Source: Trueperaceae bacterium
GTDB lineage: Bacteria; Deinococcota; Deinococci; Deinococcales; Trueperaceae
Assembly (NCBI GenBank): GCA_034521815.1
Contig: JAXHLW010000013.1
Span: 896,001-960,000, forward strand
DNA: 64,000 nucleotides
Direction: 5' to 3'
The notes under the pieces are model-generated. The model did no database searches. It was not told where the DNA came from and saw only the letters and a program-made list of their open reading frames with translations. The position numbers and the translations under genes were made by a program. Below are positions 1 through 13,980 of this stretch, piece by piece (the first letter of the stretch is position 1; each line of letters begins with the position of its first letter).

Positions 1-126
1 ACGGATCCCGCCCCGCCACGGCACGGCGACGCGCGCACCGACCGGCCCGGGAGGCTGCCCGAACGGCGCCAGCCAGCGCAACGGTGCCAGCGGAAGGGGC
101 AGGAGAAGGTCGACGGCCAGCGGCAC
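1..126 (-). CDS. priA: Primosomal protein N' (PriA), 5' end; continues off the window
   Basis: Not in the ORF track. The reverse strand from GTG at 126 reads VPLAVDLLLPLPLAPLRWLAPFGQPPGPVGARVAVPWRGGIR, matching the PriA N-terminal LPLPL...G.RVAVP.RG pattern. Preceded by TACACT-N6-GTG. Confidence 0.75.
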   Translation of the reverse strand, partial: MPLAVDLLLPLPLAPLRWLAPFGQPPGPVGARVAVPWRGGIR

Positions 127-158
127 GGCGGGAGTGTACCGCGGGGTATCGTCCCGCC
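127..158. promoter_or_regulatory. Back-to-back leaderless promoters for priA (minus, TACACT at 133-138) and purM (plus, TATCGT at 147-152)
   Basis: Each TANNNT hexamer lies exactly 6 nt from its start codon, with no Shine-Dalgarno. Confidence 0.7.
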
Positions 159-1160
159 ATGGCTTCGTCCCGCAGCTACCGCGACGCAGGCGTCGATCTG
201 GACGCCGCCGACGCCGCCCTGAGCGGCATCCGCGACGCCGTCGAGTCCACCTACACGCCGCGCGTGCTGCGCGGCCTGGGAGCGTTCGGCGGGCTGTTCA
301 GGGCGGACGATCTGCCCGAGCGACCGGTGCTGGTCGCGACCACCGACGGCGTGGGCACGAAGACGCGGGTGGCCGCCGCTTTGGGCCGCTGGGACGGGAT
401 CGGGCGGGACCTGGTGAACCACTGTGTGGACGACGTCCTGGCGCAGGGCGCGACGCCGCTGTTCTTTCTCGACTACGTCGCCTCGTCGCGCCTGGACCCG
501 GCGATCGTCGCCCAGCTCGTGGGCGGCATGGCCGACGCCTGTCGCGAGGCGGGGGCTCCGCTGCTGGGTGGCGAGACCGCGGAGATGCCTGGGGTGTACG
601 CGCCGGGCGAGGTGGACGTCGTCGGCACGCTGATCGGCGTCGTGGCGGAGGACCGACTGCTGGACGGCTCGCGCATTCGCGAGGGCGACCTGCTGCTGGG
701 GCTCGCCTCGGGGGGGCTGCAGACGAACGGCTTCAGTCTCGCGCGGAGCGTGCTCGAGGGACGGCTCGACCAGGCGATGCCGGACGGCCGGACGGCCGGC
801 GAGCATCTGCTGGACGAGCACCGGAGCTTCCTGCCGTCCGTCGCTCCGCTGCTCGAGGCGGGACTGGTGCGGGGCGCCGCGCACGTGACCGGCGGCGGGC
901 TGCCCGGCAACCTGCCCCGCGTCCTACCGAGCGGCCTGCGCGCCGAGATCGACGGCGCCTGGCCGGAGCCCGCGATCTTCGCGACGATCCGTGAGCTGGG
1001 CTCGGTGGACGAGAGCGAGATGCGGACGGTGTTCAACCTGGGGGTCGGGTTCGTGCTGGCGGTCGCCCCGAGCGACGCGGAGCGTGCCGACGCGCTCTGC
1101 CCCGAGCCGCTGCTACGGATCGGTCGCGTGGCACGCGGCGACGGCGTGCACTGGACCTGA
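159..1160 (+). CDS. purM: Phosphoribosylformylglycinamidine cyclo-ligase (AIR synthetase)
   Basis: SYRDAGVD, DGVGTK, GGETAEMPG, AHVTGGG and VFNLGVG motifs. Start moved to ATG 159. Confidence 0.97.
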   Translation: MASSRSYRDAGVDLDAADAALSGIRDAVESTYTPRVLRGLGAFGGLFRADDLPERPVLVATTDGVGTKTRVAAALGRWDGIGRDLVNHCVDDVLAQGATPLFFLDYVASSRLDPAIVAQLVGGMADACREAGAPLLGGETAEMPGVYAPGEVDVVGTLIGVVAEDRLLDGSRIREGDLLLGLASGGLQTNGFSLARSVLEGRLDQAMPDGRTAGEHLLDEHRSFLPSVAPLLEAGLVRGAAHVTGGGLPGNLPRVLPSGLRAEIDGAWPEPAIFATIRELGSVDESEMRTVFNLGVGFVLAVAPSDAERADALCPEPLLRIGRVARGDGVHWT

Positions 1161-1230
1161 GGGCACCGTGAGACGCGCTACCGGCGGTGACGCTCAGGTT
1201 GACGCTCAGGGTGGCGCTCAGGGTCGGCGC

Positions 1231-2197
1231 TCAGGGCGTCGCCGGCGTAGCGGGCTGCGACGAGCGCTGCTCGCTCAGGCTGCGGAGGTCCAGCAGGAAG
1301 TTGTTGTCCGAGGGGATCATGATCGTCTGGATGCCGGGCGCGAGCCGCTGGGCCACCTCCAGATCGATGATCTCGGGGTTCTCGCGGATCGCCTCGCCGC
1401 GAAGACGCAGCGCCTCGGACTCGCCCTCGGCGCGGGCGATGGCGGCGTCGCGCTCCCCTTCGGCCTCGATCACGCGGCGCTGCGCGGCGATCTCGGACTG
1501 GCGGCGGCGGTTCTCCTCGACCTCGACCTGCTGCTCGGCGGCCTGCTTCTCCTCGATCGCGTTCGTGATCGTGGTCGGAATCCGGATGTCGCGCATCAGC
1601 ACGGCCAGGACCAGGATGTTGTCCTCTTCCAGGGCGTCCTTGAGGCTGGCCTCGACGCCGAGCTGCAGGTCGGTGCGCTGGGTGCTGATCAGGTCGGCCG
1701 CGGCGTACTGGCCGATCGCGTCGCGAATCTGGCTGCGTACCTCGGGCCGGACGCGCACCTGCTCGTAGCTGGGCCCGATGTCCTGGTGCAGCCGGGCGGC
1801 GTCGCGCGGGATCGACCTGGTAGAGGATCGTGGCGTCGACGTTGATCTCGAGCCCCTCGCTGGAGCGGGCGGTCACCTGGTCGCCGGTCTCCTGCGCCAG
1901 GGTGAGCTCCTGCTGGCGGATGTCGTACAGAATCACCGACTGCAGGATGGGCAGGACGATGTGGAAGCCCTCGCCCAGCTCGTCGTCCTGGACGCCGCCG
2001 AACACGTTGAACACGACGCCGGAGTTGCCGGCGGGCACGACCACGAACGCCTGGCTGAGCCCGGCCGCGACGAGACCGAACAGGGTGAGGGCCACGCCCA
2101 GGCTACGGACGGCGGACCGCTCGGTCTGGAGGCCCTGGACGGCCAGCGCGGCGCCGGCGACGATCAGGGCGATGGAGATGAAGAGGAATGCACTCAT
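1231..2197 (-). CDS. SPFH/prohibitin (band 7) membrane protein, one frameshift near 1800
   Basis: The N-part (TM segments, VVPAG, GFHIVLP, EGLEINVDATI) is in ORF 1178..2197 and the C-part (IEEKQAAEQ, AEGE...EAIRENP) is in ORF 1231..1758. Removing one C in gatCCCgcgcgac restores QVDPRDAARLHQDIG. Confidence 0.85.
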
Positions 2198-2206
2198 GGC
2201 GTCAGC

Positions 2207-3700
2207 CTACACGCCAGGCAGCTTCGGTCGTGACGGGCGCGGCGACCCGTCGTCCACAGAGCCCGTGCGCGCCGGATCGAGCCGCGCTCCGACGCCCGGC
2301 AGCAGGACCGTGAACACCGTCCCCTCGCCGTGGCGCGAGGTCACCTCGACCCGTCCGCCGTGCTGCTGCACGATCCACTTCACGATCGCCAGGCCCAGGC
2401 CGGAGCCGTTCCCCCGTCCCGAGCGGGCGCCGTCCACGCGGTAGAACCGGTCGAACAGGTGCGGAATGGCCGTGTCGGGAATGCCGGGACCGTCGTCGAG
2501 CACCTCGAGCCGGACGCCTTCGCGCTCTCGCTCGACCGAGAGGCGGACGTGGCGCGCACCGGCGTTCACGGCGTTCTGGACGAGGTTCAACGCGACCTGC
2601 TTCAGCCGCGCCGCATCGCCCTCGACCTCGACGACCGGACCGGGCGTGTCGACGGCGATCTCGACCCCGCCAGCGACGGGAGCGATCTCCATGTGGACCG
2701 CCTCCAGCACCTCCACGAGGTTCATCGGCGCGGTGTCGATCGCGAAGCCGGCGTCCGCCCGGGCCAGCTCCAGCAGGTCCGCCACGAGCTTGCCCATCCG
2801 CTCGGCCTCGCGCCGGATGACGGTGAGGCTGTCCACCTGTTCCGCACTGGGCCGGGTACGACGGACCAGGTAGTTCGCGTGCCCCGCGATCGCCGTGACC
2901 GGCGTTCGCAGCTCGTGGCTGGCGTCGGCGGTGAAGCGACGCTGCGTCTCGAACGACTCCTCGAGCCGGTCCAGCATGTGATTCAGGGTGACCGCGAGCT
3001 CGTAGATCTCGTCGCGGCTCTTCGGCACGGGAACGCGTTGCGCCAGATCGCGACCGGTCACCCGCCCGGCCGCCTGGGTGACGCGCTCCAACGGGCGAAG
3101 CACCTGGCGCGACAGCAGGAACACCCCGATCGCGAACACGACGAACGCCGCGACCACGGTCAAGCCGAGATCCTGGGCGAGCTGCTCCACCGTCGCCGCG
3201 ACGTTGGTGGCCGGCACGCCGACGAACACCGCCGCCGAGAGCGCGATCTCCTGCGCCGGGAACGAGAGCCGTCCCACGTCGCCCAGCACGCGCAGATGCT
3301 CGCCGGAGGGCAGCGTGACCCCGGCCGCCATGCTTCCGGTGTCCAGCAGCTCGGTCAGCTGGGCGTCGCTCAGCTGCGCGACCAGGCTCTCGTCCGTCGG
3401 GTTGGGACGGAACCGCGACGGCTCCACGTACGGAACGCCGGCGCGGACGGCGCTGGCGTCGCTGGGCACCTGGTCGCCTTGACCCACGATCAGGATCTCG
3501 TAGTAGGCGTCGCCGGGAAGCTTGCGGAGCCCCTCGAGCACCGCGCCCGAGGACAGGTCGCTCAGCGCCTGACGGGCCCGTTCTTCCAGCGAGGCCGTGA
3601 GCGACCGCTCCGTCAACAGGTACACCGACACGGCCACGAACGACACCACCAGCGCGAAGAACGCCCCGTAGAAGAGGGTGAGGCGAAGACGCAGCGTCAC
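2207..3700 (-). CDS. HAMP-domain sensor histidine kinase
   Basis: Two TM segments, HAMP, H-box ADASHELRTP, N-box NLVQNA, DDGPG, GSGLGL. GTG start at 3700. Confidence 0.95.
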   Translation of the reverse strand: MTLRLRLTLFYGAFFALVVSFVAVSVYLLTERSLTASLEERARQALSDLSSGAVLEGLRKLPGDAYYEILIVGQGDQVPSDASAVRAGVPYVEPSRFRPNPTDESLVAQLSDAQLTELLDTGSMAAGVTLPSGEHLRVLGDVGRLSFPAQEIALSAAVFVGVPATNVAATVEQLAQDLGLTVVAAFVVFAIGVFLLSRQVLRPLERVTQAAGRVTGRDLAQRVPVPKSRDEIYELAVTLNHMLDRLEESFETQRRFTADASHELRTPVTAIAGHANYLVRRTRPSAEQVDSLTVIRREAERMGKLVADLLELARADAGFAIDTAPMNLVEVLEAVHMEIAPVAGGVEIAVDTPGPVVEVEGDAARLKQVALNLVQNAVNAGARHVRLSVEREREGVRLEVLDDGPGIPDTAIPHLFDRFYRVDGARSGRGNGSGLGLAIVKWIVQQHGGRVEVTSRHGEGTVFTVLLPGVGARLDPARTGSVDDGSPRPSRPKLPGV

Positions 3701-3710
3701 CGGCGCGCCG

Positions 3711-4388
<678 letters not shown>

Positions 4389-4497
4389 GACCGAACGATG
4401 CCACAGGCGAACATGAGAGCCCTGTGCCGCCCGCGACCGGTGGCCGCTCGGGTCAGGGCGCCTCGGGTCGGGGCCGCTCGGGTCGGGACGGTTTCGA

Positions 4498-4989
4498 TCA
4501 GGACGTCGGAAGCAGAATCGTCTCCTGGACCTCGATGCCTTCGCTCAGCACGTCGGCGGCCCACGCGCGTGCACCCGGAAGCGAATGGTCGCGCCAGTTG
4601 CCGCACCGTTCGGGCGAGCAGCCCGGAATCTCGCCTTCGTGGCGAGCCACCGCGCCCAGCGCGGCGACGAACGCGGTCCGCACGTCGTCGGCCTCCGGCT
4701 CGCCGAGGAGGGTGAGGTAGAACCCCGTCCGGCAGCCCATCGGACTCGCGTCGATCACCTCGGCGTCCGATCCGCTCAGGGCGTCGCGGAGGTAGCCGGC
4801 CAGCAGGTGCTCGATGGTGTGGAGCGGACCGGTGGGGACCTCGCCGCGATTGGGTTGGACCAGCCTGAGGTCCCACTTGCTGATTCGGTCGCCGCGCGGT
4901 CCCTGCTTTCGGCCGGCCAGGCGGACGTACGGTGCGCGGACCTTGGTGTGGTCGAGGTCGAACGATTCGACGCGGGTCGTGGGTACCAT
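4498..4989 (-). CDS. luxS: S-ribosylhomocysteine lyase (AI-2 synthase)
   Basis: [27 protein letters not shown] and CGNW motifs. ATG 4989 with TATCGT-N6. Confidence 0.96.
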   Translation of the reverse strand: MVPTTRVESFDLDHTKVRAPYVRLAGRKQGPRGDRISKWDLRLVQPNRGEVPTGPLHTIEHLLAGYLRDALSGSDAEVIDASPMGCRTGFYLTLLGEPEADDVRTAFVAALGAVARHEGEIPGCSPERCGNWRDHSLPGARAWAADVLSEGIEVQETILLPTS

Positions 4990-5125
4990 GGCCGAACGAT
5001 AGCAGGCGATACCTGCCATGTCCCGCCGGTCCCGGCGGGGTATATGCTGGTTCCCGTTCGGCCGGGCCGCCCCGGTGGCCCCTCTATCTTCCTTTCTACC
5101 GGTATGAAACCGACCGAGGTGATCC

Positions 5126-5647
5126 GTGCAGAGGCGATTGGCAATCTTCATCGACGGCAGCAATCTGTACAACGGCATGCGCGAGAATCTGTCCAACACC
5201 CGGGTGAACCTCGGCGAGCTGATCGCTCAGCTCCGCGGCGACCGCTACCTGATCCGCTGCTACTACTACAACGCGCCGCTCACCGAGGACTACGACGAAG
5301 ACCTGCGCGACGGCCAGGCACGGTTCTTCGAGAGCCTGCGCCGGATTCCGTACGTGACGGTTCGGCTGGGCCGCCTGCACCGTCGTAGCGACGGATCGCT
5401 GGTCGAGAAGGGCATCGACGTCTCGATCGCGGTGGAAGCGCTGGGCCTGGCGTACGAGGACGCGTACGACCAGGCGGTGATCGTGTCGGGCGACGGCGAC
5501 TACGTCGAGCTGGTCGAGGCGATCAAGCGTCGCGGCAAGCAGGTCGAGGTCGCGATGTTCCGCAACCAGTCCGCAGGCGTGCTGATGGAGTACGCCGACG
5601 TGTTCCGGCCGCTCGACGAGATGGCCTGGGACCGAATCCTGTTCTGA
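5126..5647 (+). CDS. NYN-domain (LabA/DUF88, PIN-like) protein
   Basis: IFIDGSNL, EKGIDV, SGDGDY, ADVF motifs. Confidence 0.9.
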   Translation: MQRRLAIFIDGSNLYNGMRENLSNTRVNLGELIAQLRGDRYLIRCYYYNAPLTEDYDEDLRDGQARFFESLRRIPYVTVRLGRLHRRSDGSLVEKGIDVSIAVEALGLAYEDAYDQAVIVSGDGDYVELVEAIKRRGKQVEVAMFRNQSAGVLMEYADVFRPLDEMAWDRILF

Positions 5648-5688
5648 GTCGCGGGCTTGCCGCGTCGGACCCGGTCGCCGGGCCGCGG

Positions 5689-8990
<3,302 letters not shown>

Positions 8991-9014
8991 CTAGCTCCCC
9001 ACGGAGGACATCGC

Positions 9015-10115
9015 ATGCGCAGAATCATCGTCATGGTCGCAGCCCTCGCACTCGGTTTCGCGACCTCCCAAGACTACGTGTTCGGCATCGTGTTCGATGC
9101 CGGCGGCAAGTTCGACGGCTCGTTCAACGAGGGAACGTGGCGCGGCCTGGTCCGCGGCATCGAGACCCTCGAAGAGGAAGAGGGCCTCGAGATCGATCTG
9201 CTCGAGTTCGAAGGCACGCCCGACACCTCGGCGCAGGGGCTCCGCAGCATCTCCGAGCAGGGCGCCGAGCTGATCGTCGCGCCCGGCTTCTCGCAGTCCG
9301 ACTCGATCGCGAACGTGTCGCAGGAGTTCCCGTTCACGAGCTACGTCAACATCGACGGCGTGGTCGAGGCCGACAACGTCCGCAGCGTGCTGTTCAAGGA
9401 GCACGAGGGCGGCTTCCTGGTCGGCTACCTGGCCGGCCTGATGACGCGCACCGGCGTGGTGGGCTTCGTCGGCGGCATGGACATCCCGCTCATCCGCAAC
9501 TTCGACATCGGCTACCAGCAGGGCGTCACCTCCGCCTGCCCCGACTGCGAGATCATCAGCAACTACGTCGGCACGACGCCGTCGGCCTGGAACGATCCGG
9601 CGCGCGCCAAGGAGCTCGCCGCCTCGCAGCGCGCCCAGGGAGCGGACATCGTGTACGCCGCCGCGGGCGCGTCGGGCAACGGCGTGATCGACTTCGTCAC
9701 CGAGCAGAAGTGCTTCGTTCCCTCCGGCCCGGTCCGTACCACGCCGCTCCTGGACGTTCCCGTCTCCGACGCGTACGCCTCCGAGTGCGGCGAGGACGCC
9801 GAGCCGCTGTTCTTCATCGGCGTCGACAGCAACCAGAACTTCCGCGGCGACACCGACTCCGATCCCTCGACCCTGAACCACGGGCTCACGAGCATGCTCA
9901 AGCGCGTCGACGTGGCCGCCGAGAACGCGGCCTACGACGTCGCCAACGGCGAGTTCACCCCCGGCATCCAGGTCCTGGGCCTGGCCGAGGACGGCGTGGA
10001 CTGGGCGCTGGACGAGTACAACGAGCCTCTCATCCCGCAGAGCGTGATCGATCAGATCGCCGGCATCAAGCAGGCGGTCGTGGACGGCGAGATCGTCGTT
10101 CAGCCGTACGAGTGA
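9015..10115 (+). CDS. BMP-family (nucleoside-type) ABC substrate-binding protein
   Basis: Signal peptide, GGKFDGSFNE, FKEHEGG, GFVGGMD, IGVDSNQ, SMLKRVD. SD GGAGG upstream and TATACT at 8961-8966. Confidence 0.92.
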   Translation: MRRIIVMVAALALGFATSQDYVFGIVFDAGGKFDGSFNEGTWRGLVRGIETLEEEEGLEIDLLEFEGTPDTSAQGLRSISEQGAELIVAPGFSQSDSIANVSQEFPFTSYVNIDGVVEADNVRSVLFKEHEGGFLVGYLAGLMTRTGVVGFVGGMDIPLIRNFDIGYQQGVTSACPDCEIISNYVGTTPSAWNDPARAKELAASQRAQGADIVYAAAGASGNGVIDFVTEQKCFVPSGPVRTTPLLDVPVSDAYASECGEDAEPLFFIGVDSNQNFRGDTDSDPSTLNHGLTSMLKRVDVAAENAAYDVANGEFTPGIQVLGLAEDGVDWALDEYNEPLIPQSVIDQIAGIKQAVVDGEIVVQPYE

Positions 10116-10157
10116 TCCGACGCTGACGCGGTAAGCGCTGGAATCGGATCGCCCACC

Positions 10158-10201
10158 GCACGAGGAGGGGCCCGGCGACGTCGCCGGGCCCCTCCTCGTG
10201 C
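10158..10201. repeat. Perfect 44-bp palindrome (probable terminator hairpin)
   Basis: gcacgaggaggggcccggcgac|gtcgccgggcccctcctcgtgc. Confidence 0.9.
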
Positions 10202-10215
10202 TACGCTTCGCCTTC

Positions 10216-10579
<364 letters not shown>

Positions 10580-10583
10580 CTAC

Positions 10584-10614
10584 GCGGGCGAGGGGTTTCC
10601 TCTCGCCCGCGTTC
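10584..10614 (+). terminator. Hairpin downstream of rnpB
   Basis: gcgggcgagggg ttt cctctcgcccgc stem; the U-tract is weak. Confidence 0.55.
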
Positions 10615-10714
10615 TCGTGCGTCCCCCGTCGGCGTCGGGCTTCCAAGGCGACCCCGGATTCCCGTCGCACGGCGCGTCTCGGACGGGCTAGAGTGAAGCG
10701 CGACGGAGGTTTCC

Positions 10715-12316
10715 ATGGCGCTCCCAGAACCGCGTGAGGCGACACTCGCGAACGACGCGGCCGTGGCCCGAGGCCCGGTCGACGAAGGCGCACGCGCCGC
10801 GATCCGTCGGGTGATCGAGGATCCGACGCTCGCCTATCGGCAACGCGTTCAGCAGCTCGCGGCCCAGGCCGAGGGCCTGCTCGAGATGCCGCCCGTCGGC
10901 GACGCCTGCCGCGCGGCGCAGGAGCAGCGGATCGTGTGCGACATGTACGAGGGCGCCGCCCCCTACCGACCGCGCTACCTCCTTCCCGACTACGCCAAGG
11001 CGCTCCGCGAGGGATCTGCGTACCTGGAGCTGCCGCCGCCCAACGATCTGAACGAGGCGCTCTGGTTCTTGGCGTCGATGTACGCGCACGTCCCGTCGAT
11101 CACCGGCTACCCGGTCTACCTGGGCGATCTCGACACCGTCCTCGCGCCGTACGTGGAGGGGATGAGCACCGAGCAGATCGTGCCGGTCCTGAGGCCGTTC
11201 TGGCGGGCGATCGACCGCACGGTTCCCGACGCGTTCGCGCACACCGACCTCGGTCCGCACGACACGCCGTTCGTGCGGGCCGTGCTGCACCTCGAGCGGG
11301 AGCTCACGCAGGTGGTGCCCAACGTCACCCTCAAGGTGCAGCCGGGCGTCACGCCGGACTCGCTGCTGCTCGACGCGGTGAGGACCGTGTTCGCGTGCGC
11401 CAAGCCGCACTTCGTGAACCACGAGATGATGGTCCGCGACCACGGCGAAGGCTACGCCGCGGTGAGCTGCTACAACTCGCTCAAGATCGGCGGCGGCTCG
11501 CACACGCTGGTCCGTCTGAACCTGCGCGAGGCGGTGGCCCGTCACCGCGGCTCGACCGAGAGCTTTTTCGCCGAGACCCTCCCCCGCTACGTCGAGCTCA
11601 CCTCCGAACTGATCGAGGCGCGGATCCGCTACCTGGTCGAGCGCGCCCGCTTCTTCGAGCACGACTGGCTGGTGCAGGAGGGGCTGGTCGACCTGGACCG
11701 GTTCTCCGCGATGTTCGGCGTCTTCGGCCTCGCGGAGGCGGTGGACCAGCTGATGGAGCGCGACGGCCACGCCGGTCGCTACGGCCACGACCCCGCCGCG
11801 AACGAGCTGTCGTACCGGATCACGCGCACCGTCGCAGCGCAGGTCGCCGGGCGCGAGCAGCCGTACTGCGACGGATTCGCCGGGCGCGCGATGATGCACG
11901 CGCAGTCGGGGATCGACAGCGACGTGGGCGTCACCGCCGGCACGCGCATTCCGATCGGGACCGAGCCGGACCTGTTCCAGCACCTGACGGCGGTCGCCCC
12001 GCATCACGAGCTGTTCGCGTCGGGCGTCAGCGACATCGTCCACTTCGACGACACGGCCAAGCGCAATCCGGAGGCGGTCGTCGACGTGATTCGCGGAGCG
12101 TTCGCGCAAGGCATGCGCGAGTTCACCTTCAATCTCGACTCGAACGAGTTCATCCGCATCACCGGCTACCTGGTGCGCAAGAGCGACCTGGAGCGCATCG
12201 AGGCCGGCGCTCGCCACGGCAGTACCTTCCTGGGCGCCGGCAACGAGGCCGAGGCGCACTGCTCGAGGCGCGCCAGCAAGCGGGTCGTCGCCGCCGAGCG
12301 GCTCGCCGGCTCGTGA
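10715..12316 (+). CDS. yjjI: YjjI-family (DUF3029) glycyl radical enzyme
   Basis: CDMYEGAAPYRPRYLLPDY, HVPSITGYPVYLG, VSCYNSL, C-terminal glycyl loop IRITGYLV. SD GGAGG. Confidence 0.9.
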   Translation: MALPEPREATLANDAAVARGPVDEGARAAIRRVIEDPTLAYRQRVQQLAAQAEGLLEMPPVGDACRAAQEQRIVCDMYEGAAPYRPRYLLPDYAKALREGSAYLELPPPNDLNEALWFLASMYAHVPSITGYPVYLGDLDTVLAPYVEGMSTEQIVPVLRPFWRAIDRTVPDAFAHTDLGPHDTPFVRAVLHLERELTQVVPNVTLKVQPGVTPDSLLLDAVRTVFACAKPHFVNHEMMVRDHGEGYAAVSCYNSLKIGGGSHTLVRLNLREAVARHRGSTESFFAETLPRYVELTSELIEARIRYLVERARFFEHDWLVQEGLVDLDRFSAMFGVFGLAEAVDQLMERDGHAGRYGHDPAANELSYRITRTVAAQVAGREQPYCDGFAGRAMMHAQSGIDSDVGVTAGTRIPIGTEPDLFQHLTAVAPHHELFASGVSDIVHFDDTAKRNPEAVVDVIRGAFAQGMREFTFNLDSNEFIRITGYLVRKSDLERIEAGARHGSTFLGAGNEAEAHCSRRASKRVVAAERLAGS

Positions 12317-13179
12317 CGAACGGCCCTCGGCCGGTCGAGGGCCTGGTCTCGGGAACGCTGCCGTTCTCCTCGGTCGACGGTCCCGGCAACCGGTTCGTCG
12401 CGTTCCTTCAGGGGTGCGACTTCGACTGCATCGCCTGCCACAACCCGTACACGATCGACGTCTGCGACGACTGCGGGATCTGCGTCGATCACTGCGACGC
12501 CGGAGCCTTGCACGTCGTGGGCGGCGCCGTGCGTTGGAACCCGCGGGCGTGCAGCGGCGGCGACGCCTGTATCGAGGTGTGTCCCCGCGACGCCACGCCC
12601 AAGACCCGCTCGCTGACCGCCGCCGAGCTGGTCGAGTTGGTCCGCGCCCCTGCGCCGTTCCTCTCGGGCGTCACGGTCTCGGGTGGGGAGGCGACGCGCC
12701 AGGCGACGTTCGTCGGCGCCTTCTTCTCGGCCCTGAAGGCCGACGACCGGCTGGCTGGTCTCACCCGCTTCGTGGACAGCAACGGCGCTGCTCCCCGCGA
12801 GGTCTGGGACGATCTCGACCCGGTCATGGACGGGGCGATGATCGACCTCAAGGCCCTCGATCCGGCGGTGCATCAGCGCATCACCGGTCGGCCCAACGAC
12901 GCCGTGCTGGCGTCGCTCCGGCTGCTGGCCCAGCGCGGCAAGCTGGTCGAGGTGCGGCTGTTGCTGCTGCCGGGCGCGAACGACACGCCCGATCAGCTGG
13001 CCCGGACCGCGGCGTGGCTGTGCGAGCTGGGTCCGGACCTTCCGGTCAAGGTGATCGGCTTCCGCGCACACGGCGTGCGTCCCGTGGCCCGGACTCTGCG
13101 CGAGCCCGGTCCCGACGAGATGGCCGGCTACGCCGATCGCCTTCGCGCCGGCGGCCTGCGCCGTCTGACCGTGGTGTAA
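12313..13179 (+). CDS. yjjW: YjjW-family glycyl-radical activating enzyme (radical SAM with ferredoxin insert)
   Basis: SSVDGPGNR, CDFDCIACH (CxxxCxxC), CDDCGICVDHC, SGGEAT. GTGA overlap with the yjjI stop. Confidence 0.9.
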   Translation: MTNGPRPVEGLVSGTLPFSSVDGPGNRFVAFLQGCDFDCIACHNPYTIDVCDDCGICVDHCDAGALHVVGGAVRWNPRACSGGDACIEVCPRDATPKTRSLTAAELVELVRAPAPFLSGVTVSGGEATRQATFVGAFFSALKADDRLAGLTRFVDSNGAAPREVWDDLDPVMDGAMIDLKALDPAVHQRITGRPNDAVLASLRLLAQRGKLVEVRLLLLPGANDTPDQLARTAAWLCELGPDLPVKVIGFRAHGVRPVARTLREPGPDEMAGYADRLRAGGLRRLTVV

Positions 13180-13399
13180 GCCGGCCCCCGACCGACCGGT
13201 CGCCCGATCCGGGGCGACCCGCGACCTCCCGTAGACCTGCCCGACCCTGAACCGAGCGACGACCCGTGGCCCCGCCGCGGGTCGTCGCTCGTCCTCGTCG
13301 AGGCTTCGTCTTGGAGGCTACGTCTACGAGGCTTCGTCCGCGGATCGTCGCGTGCCGGTGGGAGCATCGTGGCAAATCGGTCACACTTTTCTAGCTGCG

Positions 13400-13440
13400 G
13401 TGGAGAAGTGTGGGAAACCGTGGGAAATTCGTGCTAGACT
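13400..13440 (+). promoter_or_regulatory. MraZ-binding direct repeats and -10 box of the dcw promoter
   Basis: GTGGA/GTGGG/GTGGG at 13400, 13410 and 13420 (10-bp period), followed by TAGACT at 13435-13440. Confidence 0.8.
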
Positions 13441-13542
13441 CGACCATCGCGGGGGAAGCCCGTCCACGACGACTCCGAGCCGGGACGCGACCTGCCCGCG
13501 CGGAGGGACGAGGCGCACGCCGCGGGGGGAGACGAGGCATCG

Positions 13543-13980
13543 ATGCCGTTCGGCGAGCACCAGTACGCGGTGGACGACAAGGGACGCGTCATCGTGCCCC
13601 CTCCGTTCCGCGAGTTCGTCGAAGACGGAATGGTCGTCACCCGTGGCATGGAGGGGTGCCTGTACGTGTTCCCCATCGCAGCCTGGCGCCGCATCGAAGC
13701 TCGCCTCGAGGAGCTCCCGCTGACCGACCGTGACGCCCGCGCCTTCGTTCGGTTCTTCTACTCGGGCGCGTCCAAGGCCAAGCTCGACGCGGCAGGCCGC
13801 ATCACCGTTCCCGCCACCCTCCGCGCCTTCGCCGAGGTCGACGCCGCCCACGGCTCGGTGATCGTGGCCGGAGCGCCCAACCGGCTCGAGCTCTGGAACG
13901 AGCAGCGTTGGCAGAACGCCCTGGCAGAAGTGCAGACCCAGCCGCCCGCGCCCGACCTGCTCTCGGAGCTGATCGGATGA
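13543..13980 (+). CDS. mraZ: Division/cell wall cluster repressor MraZ
   Basis: DDKGR and DAAGR repeats, LELW. Confidence 0.96.
   Translation: MPFGEHQYAVDDKGRVIVPPPFREFVEDGMVVTRGMEGCLYVFPIAAWRRIEARLEELPLTDRDARAFVRFFYSGASKAKLDAAGRITVPATLRAFAEVDAAHGSVIVAGAPNRLELWNEQRWQNALAEVQTQPPAPDLLSELIG

Noticed and set aside
1780-1815. Programmed frameshifting in SPFH, proW or the island genes
   Set aside because: No slippery heptamers; 1-bp indels in C/G runs are better explained by sequencing error or mutation.
5126-5647. LabA-family NYN gene as part of the Kai clock output
   Set aside because: It is 41 kb from kaiBC and the family is ubiquitous, so there is no evidence of linkage.
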